This document shows, piece by piece, positions 30,227-39,980 of a DNA stretch of 64,000 nucleotides (within the stretch, counting starts at the first letter, position 1; every line of letters starts with the position of its first letter). The DNA lies in IMG/VR virus record IMGVR_UViG_3300014641_000001, positions 32,001 to 96,000 of that record, one strand, 5' to 3'. The notes beneath the pieces are model-generated. The model was not told the DNA's origin. It worked only from the letters and a program-made list of their open reading frames with translations, and ran no database searches. Origin of the DNA: a virus (Duplodnaviria > Caudoviricetes). The translations under genes and the position numbers were made by a program.

Positions 30227-30688
30227 TTAACCGTAATATTTTTCTATGTACTCCAAAGCATCTAATCTTGCATCATACCCTGTTTCAATCCTATTACAAC
30301 ACTCGACCACAAACGGGTGACATACTTTCTTTAAATCTAATGGTAATGTACCACCGCCAATCTCAATCTCATCATCTTCCAGGAATCCGATAATTGGTTT
30401 TCTTGCTTTCCATGCCCAAGCAATTTCCATAATACTTCCTACCGATTGCCTTATACTCTGAAGATTAACTAATATTACATCAGCCTTTTCAACCCTGTTA
30501 TCACAAAATCTAAGGATTTCAGTATCAGACTTATGAAGTTGCTCACGGTAATTATAGTAATTGTTTGGATTCCAAGCCCTAAAAGAGTCAGAATTATTTT
30601 CAAACCATTTAATGCAAATTTCCCTCCACCAGTTACTGTCTTCAAAATTGACTTTTTCTGATGCTCCACATAACCAAACATGTTTCAT
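30227..30688 (-). CDS. Nucleoside 2-deoxyribosyltransferase-like protein
   Basis: VWLCGA...WR...NP...ADVILVNL...SVGSIMEIAWA..RKPIIG. Confidence 0.75.
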   Translation of the reverse strand: MKHVWLCGASEKVNFEDSNWWREICIKWFENNSDSFRAWNPNNYYNYREQLHKSDTEILRFCDNRVEKADVILVNLQSIRQSVGSIMEIAWAWKARKPIIGFLEDDEIEIGGGTLPLDLKKVCHPFVVECCNRIETGYDARLDALEYIEKYYG

Positions 30689-30703
30689 TTCACTCCTCCC
30701 TTC

Positions 30704-30901
30704 CTATAAGTCCCAATTCGATTTCAAGCTTGATTCACTACTATAGGGTACATTTAACCGCTTTAGTTCATGGTTCAGTATTGTATCGTAGAAAACTGAT
30801 ACTTCATATCCATGCTTCATCTGCTCAATCTCGATTTCGTAAATATGGCCTTTAATAAATCCCATGGCATTTGATTTTCCTTTGTAAGTGCTTAACATTC
30901 T
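30704..30901 (-). CDS. hypothetical protein
   Basis: ORF in operon; start uncertain. Confidence 0.5.
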   Translation of the reverse strand, partial: RMLSTYKGKSNAMGFIKGHIYEIEIEQMKHGYEVSVFYDTILNHELKRLNVPYSSESSLKSNWDL

Positions 30902-30946
30902 CTCATTGAAAACCATCTTTCATTGATCCTTTCTATCTATCGCCAA

Positions 30947-31648
30947 TCAATATTGGCTAACAGGTCGCTTTCTGACCTCTTCATTAATAGAATCTACTAC
31001 TTGTTGTACATCTTTATTTCCATCTACAACGAAATCAACTTCGTCCTTTATTCCTAAGAACATTCCAAAGTCTCTTTCAACTCTTGAGCATATTTCGTTT
31101 TTATCGTCGAATGTAAACTTATCAATTCCACATCTCTTTATGTAACGAATTACTCTGTTTCCAAGGTTAGTATCAATATATATCGTAAATAAGTTCTTCG
31201 AAGTATCAAGGCTTCTGTTTAATTGACGTATTCCATTAGGTGTAAGTACCACCACTCTGTTTCCACTCATATATTCGCTTTTTGGTGTACCGTAGAATCT
31301 ATTTTGAGAATATTCTTCATATTCAGCGAAAAAACCCTCATCTAATAGCTTCTTAAACTCATCATTTGATATAAACCAGTAATCTTCACCATTAACCTCA
31401 TTTTCTCTTTTGTTTCTTGTAGTATAAGAAATGATCTTTTTATATCCTAGTTTTGATACCAAATAATCTTCGACCGTTGATTTCCCAGATCCAGAAGCGC
31501 CTATCAATATAATTGTATATGGATTATGATTTTTGTTCGTTGGAGTATAACGCTCACCACAAGCGCTGTTTTTGTCTATCCAACAATTGTTATCTATATG
31601 TATGCATCTCTGACAAATAATGCTACTTGGATTTCCCAATTTACTCAC
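30947..31648 (-). CDS. Guanylate kinase-like protein
   Basis: GASGSGKS, SYTTRNKRENEVNGEDYWF, YGT. Confidence 0.85.
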   Translation of the reverse strand: MSKLGNPSSIICQRCIHIDNNCWIDKNSACGERYTPTNKNHNPYTIILIGASGSGKSTVEDYLVSKLGYKKIISYTTRNKRENEVNGEDYWFISNDEFKKLLDEGFFAEYEEYSQNRFYGTPKSEYMSGNRVVVLTPNGIRQLNRSLDTSKNLFTIYIDTNLGNRVIRYIKRCGIDKFTFDDKNEICSRVERDFGMFLGIKDEVDFVVDGNKDVQQVVDSINEEVRKRPVSQY

Positions 31649-32222
31649 CTCCCAATACTAATTCTCTAAACATCGGTAGCTCTTCAACCCATTTACAAAA
31701 TGCTCTCCATTCAAGGAGTCGGTGATTTCTTCGCTGATAATACATAGTCTTCAACTGCTGATAATTTGTAGTAAATCCAGCAGTTAACTCAAACCCGGAA
31801 GGAACGTTATATAGAATTGTCAAATATAATTCCATTGCAAACTCAGTCCCTTTGTCTTCCAACCCGTTATAGACATCAATCATTTCTTGAACTACATCAA
31901 TTATTCTCTGATCTACATATTCATTACATTGATTTTTAAAAGCAAATTTTGTGATACGATGCATAGTTGACTGACTGGAAATAAAGTCTATGAAGTGGTA
32001 CCTCTCTAGCTCCACGGACATCTTGTTTGAAAATCTCATATCAAACTGAACTACTATCCCCTTAAGGAAGTTATCATGACCTGTGCCTGATTTACATGAT
32101 CCCAACTTTGTAGTTGTTTTCGTAACTTCTTTTGTACAGTCTTCTGCGTTTACTGCCATTGGCAACTTACTTACTCTGATAGCATTTTCAAGACCATAAA
32201 CATTTACATTGCTAATCTGCAT
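31641..32222 (-). CDS. ThyX-like (flavin-dependent thymidylate synthase fold) phage protein
   Basis: GHDNFL, ELERYH, SQSTMH, NYQQL...QRRNHRL.EW; nucleotide-metabolism context. Confidence 0.6.
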   Translation of the reverse strand: MQISNVNVYGLENAIRVSKLPMAVNAEDCTKEVTKTTTKLGSCKSGTGHDNFLKGIVVQFDMRFSNKMSVELERYHFIDFISSQSTMHRITKFAFKNQCNEYVDQRIIDVVQEMIDVYNGLEDKGTEFAMELYLTILYNVPSGFELTAGFTTNYQQLKTMYYQRRNHRLLEWRAFCKWVEELPMFRELVLGGE

Positions 32223-32233
32223 TCATTCTCCTC

Positions 32234-32434
32234 CTATCTGTAGTATTTTAATTCTCCATTATCATCAAAATTATCAATATTCAAGACGACGGTATTGCCG
32301 TCTCTCAAAAATACATTCTCTATTTTTCTGTCATTTCTATATGTGTCTGACCCAATTTTGCCAGCACAAACCAAAGCCCTGGGATATTTTAATAATTCCA
32401 TCGCTAAATCTTCAGCATAAATAATTCCTTTAAT
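32234..32434 (-). CDS. hypothetical protein (probable ATT start), 66 aa
   Basis: SD GGAGG 9 nt before ATT; fills the gap before the ThyX-like gene. Confidence 0.5.
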   Translation of the reverse strand: MKGIIYAEDLAMELLKYPRALVCAGKIGSDTYRNDRKIENVFLRDGNTVVLNIDNFDDNGELKYYR

Positions 32435-32505
32435 ATTTTTTTGCCTCCTATATGTAATTGTAAAATTGTTGGGATTTTTGTTGATATGATTTAAAACAAT
32501 GCTTT

Positions 32506-32976
32506 TTAAAGGTTTAGTAATCGTATTGCCCTATCAACATTTTTCTGTTGAAGCCCTTTGTTGAATGATGTTTGAACTAATCTGTCCATGAACGGCTTCA
32601 TATCTGCATCATCATCTATAATAATAAATGACTCTACCGGTTCACCCTTCCAGTTATCAATCCATGTTTTTATTTCTTCTCCACGATAGCCGCTTGAAAG
32701 TCTTGGAGTTCGTGAAAGGAATGTAATACCATACTCACTTAATTTATCTTCTAGTTTAGTGAAGTCCTCTGCATTTCTGCTATGTACATCATAATCTCGA
32801 TCAAACCAACCGATACGCCACGTAGAAGATAGAACAACTTTTGCACCCGTGGCATCAATAATTTCTTTAAGTAGCTTAATACGATTATCGTTTACAAAAT
32901 ATAATCCTCCGATCTTATCTCGACAGCCATTAAAATTAAGCACTCCATCAATGTCCAAAAATACGACCTTGATAAT
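32506..32976 (-). CDS. HAD-superfamily (Swiss-army-knife RNA-repair-like) phosphatase
   Basis: VVFLDIDGVLN, VLSSTWR, RGEEI, IIIDDD; ATT/ATC start after GGAGGTG. Confidence 0.8.
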   Translation of the reverse strand: MIKVVFLDIDGVLNFNGCRDKIGGLYFVNDNRIKLLKEIIDATGAKVVLSSTWRIGWFDRDYDVHSRNAEDFTKLEDKLSEYGITFLSRTPRLSSGYRGEEIKTWIDNWKGEPVESFIIIDDDADMKPFMDRLVQTSFNKGLQQKNVDRAIRLLNL

Positions 32977-33009
32977 ATCACCTCCAATTATTCATTTGAA
33001 ATTTCACTT

Positions 33010-33540
33010 TCATCTTGCCTTTATAGTGTCTGCATATGTCATTACACTATCATAAAAATCTGATATACTATTGTAATCACCGGCATCAAATACCGGGATG
33101 TCATAAACTTTGGCAATCCTGATTGCCTTACCAGTTCCTCCACTACCTTTACCATTCTTAGTCCAACATAACACGAAACTTGAAGGTGTTTTCAAGTCTT
33201 TTCCAAGAACCTGATGACTATTTCTTGCTTGTAATTTTCTCGCTCCTTCTTTAAGATTATGCCAATAAGGATGATACTTTTGAGCTATGTCAAATGCTTC
33301 AATATTTTTCACTACCAAATCAGAGTTAGAACCATTAAATCCTATCCATGGTACATATATTTCTTTTTCACCATATACTCTATCACATCCCTGTTCAAAA
33401 GCTAGGTCAGCACCATCAGCGTGTCCCGATCTTAATATAAAATCGTATTTTGTATCCATCAATTCACCGATGTCTCTGAACACACTAAGTACATTTTCTG
33501 GTGTTTCTCTTGAACCAATACCTGCATAATAAATATTCAA
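33010..33540 (-). CDS. SLOG/DprA-like Rossmann-fold protein
   Basis: YAGIGSRETP, LRSGHADGADLAFE, ARN, GGTGKAIRIA. Confidence 0.75.
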   Translation of the reverse strand: MNIYYAGIGSRETPENVLSVFRDIGELMDTKYDFILRSGHADGADLAFEQGCDRVYGEKEIYVPWIGFNGSNSDLVVKNIEAFDIAQKYHPYWHNLKEGARKLQARNSHQVLGKDLKTPSSFVLCWTKNGKGSGGTGKAIRIAKVYDIPVFDAGDYNSISDFYDSVMTYADTIKAR

Positions 33541-33555
33541 ATATAATTTCTCCTC

Positions 33556-33927
33556 TCAACTACTATATTTATTTGCTAGTTCACTTAATATTTGCATTGA
33601 TTCCTTACTTCCACAAACAGTTGGTTTCTTTTCGCAACCGGAAACCATTTTATTAAAATTGTCAAAAACAGTCTTTTCAACATTGTCAATTTTTACAGTT
33701 GTATATTTCATTAATCTTAAAAATTTTGCGATTTCTTCTTGGCATTTTGGGCATACATCTTTTTGTTTTATTTCCAAGATTTCTTTGGAAAACTCTGCTG
33801 CCTTGACATCGTTATTCATCGCATATACAGATTCGTACTCTAAACTTGGTACTGTGATGTCTGTGTGTTCACATTCTTTACCACAGTAATCACAGTAATA
33901 TGTATATATTTCTTTTTTCTTTTCCAT
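33556..33927 (-). CDS. hypothetical Zn-finger protein
   Basis: CDYC...CPKC; SD AAGGAG. Confidence 0.65.
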   Translation of the reverse strand: MEKKKEIYTYYCDYCGKECEHTDITVPSLEYESVYAMNNDVKAAEFSKEILEIKQKDVCPKCQEEIAKFLRLMKYTTVKIDNVEKTVFDNFNKMVSGCEKKPTVCGSKESMQILSELANKYSS

Positions 33928-33951
33928 TTAAACTCCTTTGAAAGTCCAGTT

Positions 33952-34296
33952 TTAACTTGTTTCCATATTTTCCAATGCATATCCAAGTGCCTCAGAGAAT
34001 CCACAACCACCATTATAAAAACTCACTACGTAATTAATTGTTCCGTCCGAGTTCAAGTTGGCGTGATAAACATCATCTCCATCTAAGTCAACGTCTTTAA
34101 TAATCTTATAAATATTGTTTTTATAAATAATAAATTTATTACGGTATTCGTCACAAAAACATTCCTCCCACGAATCATAATATGGCTTCATTTCTATCCC
34201 CTCTTTGTCGCAATATGATTTGCACCATGCCTCTACTGTTTGACAAATTGGAACTATTTTTAACAACTTACCAACATGCGTTTCTGTCTGTGACAT
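33952..34296 (-). CDS. hypothetical protein
   Basis: SD AAGGAGG. Confidence 0.7.
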   Translation of the reverse strand: MSQTETHVGKLLKIVPICQTVEAWCKSYCDKEGIEMKPYYDSWEECFCDEYRNKFIIYKNNIYKIIKDVDLDGDDVYHANLNSDGTINYVVSFYNGGCGFSEALGYALENMETS

Positions 34297-34478
34297 GTTT
34301 AATCCTCCTTATTTTTACGAATAGATGTTAAATTTCATCTGTTCCATATGGTTCTTTTTTGATATATTCTGGCTCTTTTATCAATCGCATCTTCATCGAA
34401 TCTAAAGCACACTCCACCATCTGACACATTTCACCATTATGTTGAGTCGTATATCTCTTTTGTAATCCTTCAAAATGC

Positions 34479-34769
34479 TTAATTGACTTTTCTAATATTG
34501 TCATTCAATGATGCCTCCAATTCGTTATATTTTGTTTTTACGCTTTCAATTAATTCACAAAACCAATTGTCTGCATAACTTAATACTTTATCAATATCAT
34601 TAGGATCAACTTCTTCATCATCTGTTTCTCTGCATTCATCTATGTACTCGTCACTATAATTAATTTCCCACCATGTTTCTCCAAAACTACAGTGTTTCGT
34701 GCAGGATAGAGTCCCTATTTTCCCAATGGTTTTTGAATAATCATTATCATTATTTTTAAACCAATCCAT
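34479..34769 (-). CDS. hypothetical protein
   Basis: SD AAGGAG. Confidence 0.65.
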   Translation of the reverse strand: MDWFKNNDNDYSKTIGKIGTLSCTKHCSFGETWWEINYSDEYIDECRETDDEEVDPNDIDKVLSYADNWFCELIESVKTKYNELEASLNDNIRKVN

Positions 34770-34795
34770 GCTAACTCTCCTTTAAAATCCCAAAT

Positions 34796-35374
34796 TCATT
34801 TATCAAATTTTACGTTGTTGAGAATCTGATATAATTCACGGATAACCTTGGCATCATATAAAGCGTTATGTTTATCTCCTTGAATCTTATCTTCTTTGTA
34901 ATTTTGATATAAGATGTCTTCTCTGGATTTGTCAAAAGCTTCCTTTGAAGTTATTCCATATTTCCGAGCAATGTCCTGATTGATATCATAGCACGCAGCG
35001 CATACGTTCTTGGGAATATCAAATGCTCCACCAAATAAATCAATAAACAAAACCATGTCGTAGTGGCAAACATCTGAAACCAGCTCTACCGATTCAAATT
35101 GCTTTAACCAATTACGAAGCATCATAGCAACCTCTTGCTTTGTGCCAATTCTATATCCACTAATATACTGTTCTTCTGATTCATCTTTTCTGCACACGAG
35201 ATTGTTTATTACGTTATCAAGCAGAAATTTACTCTTATCTGCATAGACTTGCTTCCAATCGAAATCTGACAATTCAGCATAGAAAGTCCGCCTATCTTCT
35301 GAAATTAATCCTATGCTCACAAGCGTTGTGCTCTTATGTAATCCAGTAAATTCTGTATCAAAAAATATCTTCAT
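34796..35374 (-). CDS. DEDD 3'-5' exonuclease (RNase AS-like)
   Basis: FFDTEFTGL...LVSIGL...YD...HNALYDA. Confidence 0.85.
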   Translation of the reverse strand: MKIFFDTEFTGLHKSTTLVSIGLISEDRRTFYAELSDFDWKQVYADKSKFLLDNVINNLVCRKDESEEQYISGYRIGTKQEVAMMLRNWLKQFESVELVSDVCHYDMVLFIDLFGGAFDIPKNVCAACYDINQDIARKYGITSKEAFDKSREDILYQNYKEDKIQGDKHNALYDAKVIRELYQILNNVKFDK

Positions 35375-35415
35375 CTATTCCTCCTTATAAATAATGACTT
35401 TCACTATCCTCAAAT

Positions 35416-35844
35416 TTAATCGATCTGTTCAATTTTGATTTCTTGATGAGCAGGAATTACTATTTCAGGTACGTCAATCAACTTCATAATCTCAATTACT
35501 GGTTCGTGGTATTCATAACTCCAATCTGAATAATAAGAGCCTGTTCTGCACATGTACTGATTTAAGAACAAATTATAATAATCAGTGACGCTAGCTTTGC
35601 ACGCATAACCGGCCTTTGACTTATCAAAAGAAACTAATTGATACTTAACGCTTCTGTCCTCATATTTACCGTCACTTATCCAGTCATCAGTTTCAATTAT
35701 CCATAGATCATAACTAATCCCATTATTTTCAAATGCGCCAGATAATTCAAGGTTTTCCGTGATGGCGAATTTATTCTTTACCAGCTCTAATAAATCATCA
35801 CCACAACTTTTAAATTTCTTAAAATTTTCAACTTTAATATCCAT
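35416..35844 (-). CDS. hypothetical protein
   Basis: SD AGGAG. Confidence 0.65.
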   Translation of the reverse strand: MDIKVENFKKFKSCGDDLLELVKNKFAITENLELSGAFENNGISYDLWIIETDDWISDGKYEDRSVKYQLVSFDKSKAGYACKASVTDYYNLFLNQYMCRTGSYYSDWSYEYHEPVIEIMKLIDVPEIVIPAHQEIKIEQID

Positions 35845-35898
35845 ATTTTCTCCTATTCATGTTGTTTTTTACTATGAAACTTCCGTTTCAATTTTTAT

Positions 35899-36162
35899 TT
35901 AAATATGCCAAACTCCCCTAGTGAATAAACTGTTTGCTAAATATGAAAAATCATTTAATGCTATTGGTTCATCATAGTCGTCATTAAATTTTTTCAGTAA
36001 CTTTGTAAAATTATCATAGGCAGCCAAAACTTCATCTTTACGTTTATTCTTTTCAGCAATCAATTTTTCTCTTTTAGTTTTCTCTTCATTTAAAACTTTT
36101 TCATGTTCTAAATATTCCTGCTCTGAATTAAATACTTTGTTATCATCTGAAATATATTTCAT
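35899..36162 (-). CDS. hypothetical protein
   Basis: SD AAGGAG. Confidence 0.65.
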   Translation of the reverse strand: MKYISDDNKVFNSEQEYLEHEKVLNEEKTKREKLIAEKNKRKDEVLAAYDNFTKLLKKFNDDYDEPIALNDFSYLANSLFTRGVWHI

Positions 36163-36184
36163 AATTATTTTCTCCTTATCTTTT

Positions 36185-36472
36185 TTAAGATTGATTTTGC
36201 TTACTCAGCCATTCAATTAATTCTTCTTCTGAAAATTCTTCTGACGTTTCTACATCTGGATTGTAAAATTGAATTGATGTGTTGTCTACACCTTGATTTA
36301 ATAGCTGATTTATAATAGAAAATGCATTTTCAACACCAAGTAAATACGCTTTCTTTTCAAGTTCCGTCATACCATTTGTCATTGTTTTTTCATTGCTTTT
36401 CATTAAGCGTTCTGCTTCCTTTGTGTTTACCGCCCAAAATGTTAACTCGTTTAATTCGTCTATCATTCTCAT
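36185..36472 (-). CDS. hypothetical protein
   Basis: Operonic ORF. Confidence 0.6.
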   Translation of the reverse strand: MRMIDELNELTFWAVNTKEAERLMKSNEKTMTNGMTELEKKAYLLGVENAFSIINQLLNQGVDNTSIQFYNPDVETSEEFSEEELIEWLSKQNQS

Positions 36473-36473
36473 A

Positions 36474-36680
36474 TTACTTATCCCCTTTCATACCATCTAA
36501 ATTTAATGACTTCTCACAGAATGATTTAATATCAGCAACACTCTTTCCTTCGTTACACATATTCAATACTGCACCAAGGATACCAGTAGCACCTGCTCTC
36601 ATGCCAGATAACCTAACTTTATTCACCGTATCTTCTGCTGTTTTCTGAAATAACTTTTCTGCATTTTTATTATTGCTCAT
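36474..36680 (-). CDS. hypothetical protein
   Basis: SD AAGGAG. Confidence 0.6.
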   Translation of the reverse strand: MSNNKNAEKLFQKTAEDTVNKVRLSGMRAGATGILGAVLNMCNEGKSVADIKSFCEKSLNLDGMKGDK

Positions 36681-36693
36681 TCCTGCATCTCCT

Positions 36694-36921
36694 TTAATAA
36701 ATTCTCTCTAGTCCCATATAACCCGAATAAACGATGTGTGTGTCATCATAAAACAGTGTTTTTCCAATATCCTTTCGTGTCACGTACTGATAAGAGAATC
36801 CACATCCTTTATTGTCGGGAATAAATATGTGCCTGAGCCACTTTCTTTTAATGGTTCCACGCAGTAGCATGTCTTCATCTAGTAACCATGCTGCTGTTTT
36901 CATTGATTTTGTAAATTTCAT
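36694..36921 (-). CDS. hypothetical protein
   Basis: SD AAGGAG before MKFTKSMK. Confidence 0.55.
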   Translation of the reverse strand: MKFTKSMKTAAWLLDEDMLLRGTIKRKWLRHIFIPDNKGCGFSYQYVTRKDIGKTLFYDDTHIVYSGYMGLERIY

Positions 36922-36956
36922 GCACTCCTTCTTTCTATATAGATGAATTGTTGATT

Positions 36957-37184
36957 TCATTTTTCCTTTTTTGATGAACACCAAACGCAATTATATTCCT
37001 TCTTAAAATCTGGTGGATCTTTTATCATAAAAGATTCAATAACTTTATTCTCATCTTCTATTAATTCACGCTCATATTGTGCATTTAGCAAATAAAATAG
37101 TCTTGCTCGTCTACCACGAATTGGTGTATTTTCTGATTCCAATGTTTCTATGGTGCTTCCATTTTCTAATTCAATCTTCATCAC
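36957..37184 (-). CDS. hypothetical protein
   Basis: IELENGSTIETL..IRGRRA, weakly terminase-fragment-like. Confidence 0.5.
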   Translation of the reverse strand: MMKIELENGSTIETLESENTPIRGRRARLFYLLNAQYERELIEDENKVIESFMIKDPPDFKKEYNCVWCSSKKEK

Positions 37185-37213
37185 ATCTCACTAACTTTGA
37201 ATGGTTTGTTTCA

Positions 37214-37378
37214 TTACAGTTTTTCAATTGTAACTTTGTATTTATCTCCTACGCCTGTATCAGCTCCTAGTAGTTCATCTAGTGCTGTAACTACATCGGC
37301 AGAAAAACTATGTTCATCTGTATCAAAGAACCAATCATTAAAATCATGAACCACTGTACCAATTACTTCTGTTTTCAT
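37214..37378 (-). CDS. hypothetical protein, 54 aa
   Basis: SD GGAGG; bounded on both sides by the 16-bp palindrome. Confidence 0.6.
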   Translation of the reverse strand: MKTEVIGTVVHDFNDWFFDTDEHSFSADVVTALDELLGADTGVGDKYKVTIEKL

Positions 37379-37404
37379 TTATTTCCTCCGATCAAAGTAT
37401 TATT

Positions 37405-37638
37405 TCAATGTTCAATTGTATCTTCGCCGATAATATCAAAACACTCATTTAACCATTTAAATACATTATTTAAGTTATATGAACTATACCCCACATTACA
37501 CTCTTCCTTGTCAATACAATGATATTTGATCTCATAATATGGTTTTTCAGCAGTCCCATGAACAACTATTTCAGCGCTTTTTACTTTTATTCTTACTTTT
37601 TCAACATCATTATTTTCTTTCATTGTCACATTGCTCAT
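37405..37638 (-). CDS. hypothetical protein
   Basis: SD AAAGGA. Confidence 0.6.
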   Translation of the reverse strand: MSNVTMKENNDVEKVRIKVKSAEIVVHGTAEKPYYEIKYHCIDKEECNVGYSSYNLNNVFKWLNECFDIIGEDTIEH

Positions 37639-37691
37639 ACTGTCTTTTCCTTTCTATTATATTTTTGCTTTGAATCGTTACTTTCATGCGC

Positions 37692-37901
37692 TTATTTATT
37701 CAAAGCATCATGTATAATATCTTCATATTTATTTAACAAAGCATCACGCTTTCTACAAATCGGAGGTAGACCCTGATATTGATCACACCCTCCTATACTT
37801 GCAACTCTGAATAATGAGAAATCTCTTTTCTTGGACTTCTCTGTAATTTCTTCAATAAATAAATATAAATCCTTAATACACTGTTTCTCTGTTTTGTCCA
37901 T
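37692..37901 (-). CDS. hypothetical protein
   Basis: SD AGGAG. Confidence 0.6.
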   Translation of the reverse strand: MDKTEKQCIKDLYLFIEEITEKSKKRDFSLFRVASIGGCDQYQGLPPICRKRDALLNKYEDIIHDALNK

Positions 37902-37912
37902 ATGACATTCTC

Positions 37913-38239
37913 CTATATTTTTTTAATAATAAACTCGGCCAGATCGTCAGTAGTGTCTTCTGTAAATTCTTCAAAGTCATCCATAGTCATAGTTTCGTGT
38001 GAAAATGCCGACTTGTCTCTTGTAAGATTGTAAGCGTATGTATCTGTGTAAATGCTAAAGTAGTCATTCAGGATTGATACCAGATTATCCTTTAACATTC
38101 CTGTTTCGTAATCCAAAAGTCTGTTTGCTAAATAAGAAATAATGCCTGTCTCATCTTTCTCTATTCTATATTTTAAATATCCGTAATTATCTAAAACATC
38201 AATTGATCCATCTTTGTTCTTTTCTAATAATTTATTCAT
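37913..38239 (-). CDS. hypothetical protein
   Basis: SD GAGAGG lies within the palindrome spacer. Confidence 0.65.
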   Translation of the reverse strand: MNKLLEKNKDGSIDVLDNYGYLKYRIEKDETGIISYLANRLLDYETGMLKDNLVSILNDYFSIYTDTYAYNLTRDKSAFSHETMTMDDFEEFTEDTTDDLAEFIIKKI

Positions 38240-38263
38240 CTATGAAACCTCTCTTTCAACTGA

Positions 38264-38833
38264 TTAATCATGAATATCTAGTATCGTTATATATTTACCG
38301 CCACAGTTGTCAATCATATTTTTAAATTTCTTATCAAAATCTTCATCTTTAATAAAATCTTTTCCGTTCCAATGTTCTCTGGCGATTGCTGTACCGTCAG
38401 AGTCTATACATATATAGCAGTCTTGATTATCTAAATTTAATAAATCGTCACTGAAAGCTGAATCGACATAAAGATAACCGTCTTGCGATCCCATACTAGA
38501 AAAATATTTTTCTTCTGAGTACATGAAAGAGTTGCCTGAGAATTTCTTCATCTCATATAATAAATAAGAATGAAAAAGTCTTCCATTTCTCGCATCTTTG
38601 GCGTAGTATCCCCATCTGTATTTTTCATCATCTTTGTCAATTTTCAGTTTTAATGAACCAGCATATCTTCCACCAATTTGATAATAATCCCATGTGAATA
38701 GTGGGTATTCCCCAATTAACTCACCAGTTTCTTCATCACTTTTTAAATTTTCGCAATCATATTTTTCCATAATATTTGAAATATTATTTTCTGTTGGGAA
38801 TTCATCTGTTATTAATAAAGTACAATAATGCAT
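38264..38833 (-). CDS. hypothetical phage protein (WDYYQIGGRY...DIHD type)
   Basis: SD AGGAGG. Confidence 0.7.
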   Translation of the reverse strand: MHYCTLLITDEFPTENNISNIMEKYDCENLKSDEETGELIGEYPLFTWDYYQIGGRYAGSLKLKIDKDDEKYRWGYYAKDARNGRLFHSYLLYEMKKFSGNSFMYSEEKYFSSMGSQDGYLYVDSAFSDDLLNLDNQDCYICIDSDGTAIAREHWNGKDFIKDEDFDKKFKNMIDNCGGKYITILDIHD

Positions 38834-38870
38834 TTATACTCCTCCTACATTCTCCTTTGAAATCGTCATT

Positions 38871-39134
38871 TTAGTGCTTTTTGTAACTCCACATAAAGTA
38901 ACCTTGTTCTCCAATTTGGTCACACATATCACAAGTATGAGGCACTTCTTTCTGTTGGTATTCACAAGTTTTACAACCAATCGGAACTGCTTTAAATCCT
39001 AACATCCTTCCACTCTCGTACTTTATTCCAGTAATAAAATATTCTTTACTATCTATAAACACTGATGCTTCTTGATTCTGTGTTACCCTTATCGGCTGTT
39101 TGCCTAATTTTTCCCAAATCTTTAAATATTTCAT
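38871..39134 (-). CDS. hypothetical Zn-binding protein
   Basis: CKTC, CDMC; SD GGAGG. Confidence 0.6.
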   Translation of the reverse strand: MKYLKIWEKLGKQPIRVTQNQEASVFIDSKEYFITGIKYESGRMLGFKAVPIGCKTCEYQQKEVPHTCDMCDQIGEQGYFMWSYKKH

Positions 39135-39150
39135 GAATCCTCCAATAAAT

Positions 39151-39885
39151 TCATTCTTTCAACTGCTTATATGTAAATAACTTTTCAACTCTAATATTTT
39201 GTTTGTCGTCTTTATTCTTATTACTATCCAACAATGTTTTGACTTCCTTCTGCCAAATACATTCAAACTCATCTGGCATAGCATACTCGCTTATCAAAAC
39301 AGTATTATATATGCTTGCAGCTTTTACCCAACTATAAAATTCCTCATACGGAAACCATTCGGTTTTATATTTTGTAGTACCTTTATATGGTATATCGCAG
39401 TAAATAACATATCCTTTTATTTTATCTAGCGGCAGATTTCTAAAATCACTGCATTTAAATCTAATACCTTTTAAATTTGGTATTTGTTTTAAAGTATTGA
39501 CATATGCTTCTTTGGAATAATTTCTTTTGCCAATTTTATCTCGCCTATATCCACCAAACCACTTTCCACCATATGAGAGTTGAAACCCAACGTATCCAAC
39601 TAAATAATCATTATATAAATCTTTATTATTTTGAATTGATTTATAATCGTCTTCTGAGATGTTTTCCGGAGGAAGCCAACCCCCTGATAGTTTATTAAGA
39701 ACTGCGATTAGATAGTTGTGTACGTCACAACCAATTCTTTTTTCACATTTTATCTTATCAATCATGTTCGCACCACCTACAAACGGCTCTAAGTATCCAA
39801 TTGTATCATCAGTAATATAGGACTGTATAATGGGAGCCAATTCTTTGCTTAATCTATTTTTACTACCTACATATTTCAATAACAT
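39151..39885 (-). CDS. DNA adenine methyltransferase (Dam/D12 class)
   Basis: YVGSK, EPFVGGA (motif I), YCDIPY (motif IV variant). Confidence 0.88.
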   Translation of the reverse strand: MLLKYVGSKNRLSKELAPIIQSYITDDTIGYLEPFVGGANMIDKIKCEKRIGCDVHNYLIAVLNKLSGGWLPPENISEDDYKSIQNNKDLYNDYLVGYVGFQLSYGGKWFGGYRRDKIGKRNYSKEAYVNTLKQIPNLKGIRFKCSDFRNLPLDKIKGYVIYCDIPYKGTTKYKTEWFPYEEFYSWVKAASIYNTVLISEYAMPDEFECIWQKEVKTLLDSNKNKDDKQNIRVEKLFTYKQLKE

Positions 39886-39980
39886 CACCAGAAAGGTAGA
39901 ATTCTCTTTGGTCGCGACACCTTTATTCCTTTCTGTTTTCTTATATTAAATTTCCAATCAAATTTTCATTTCATGTATTC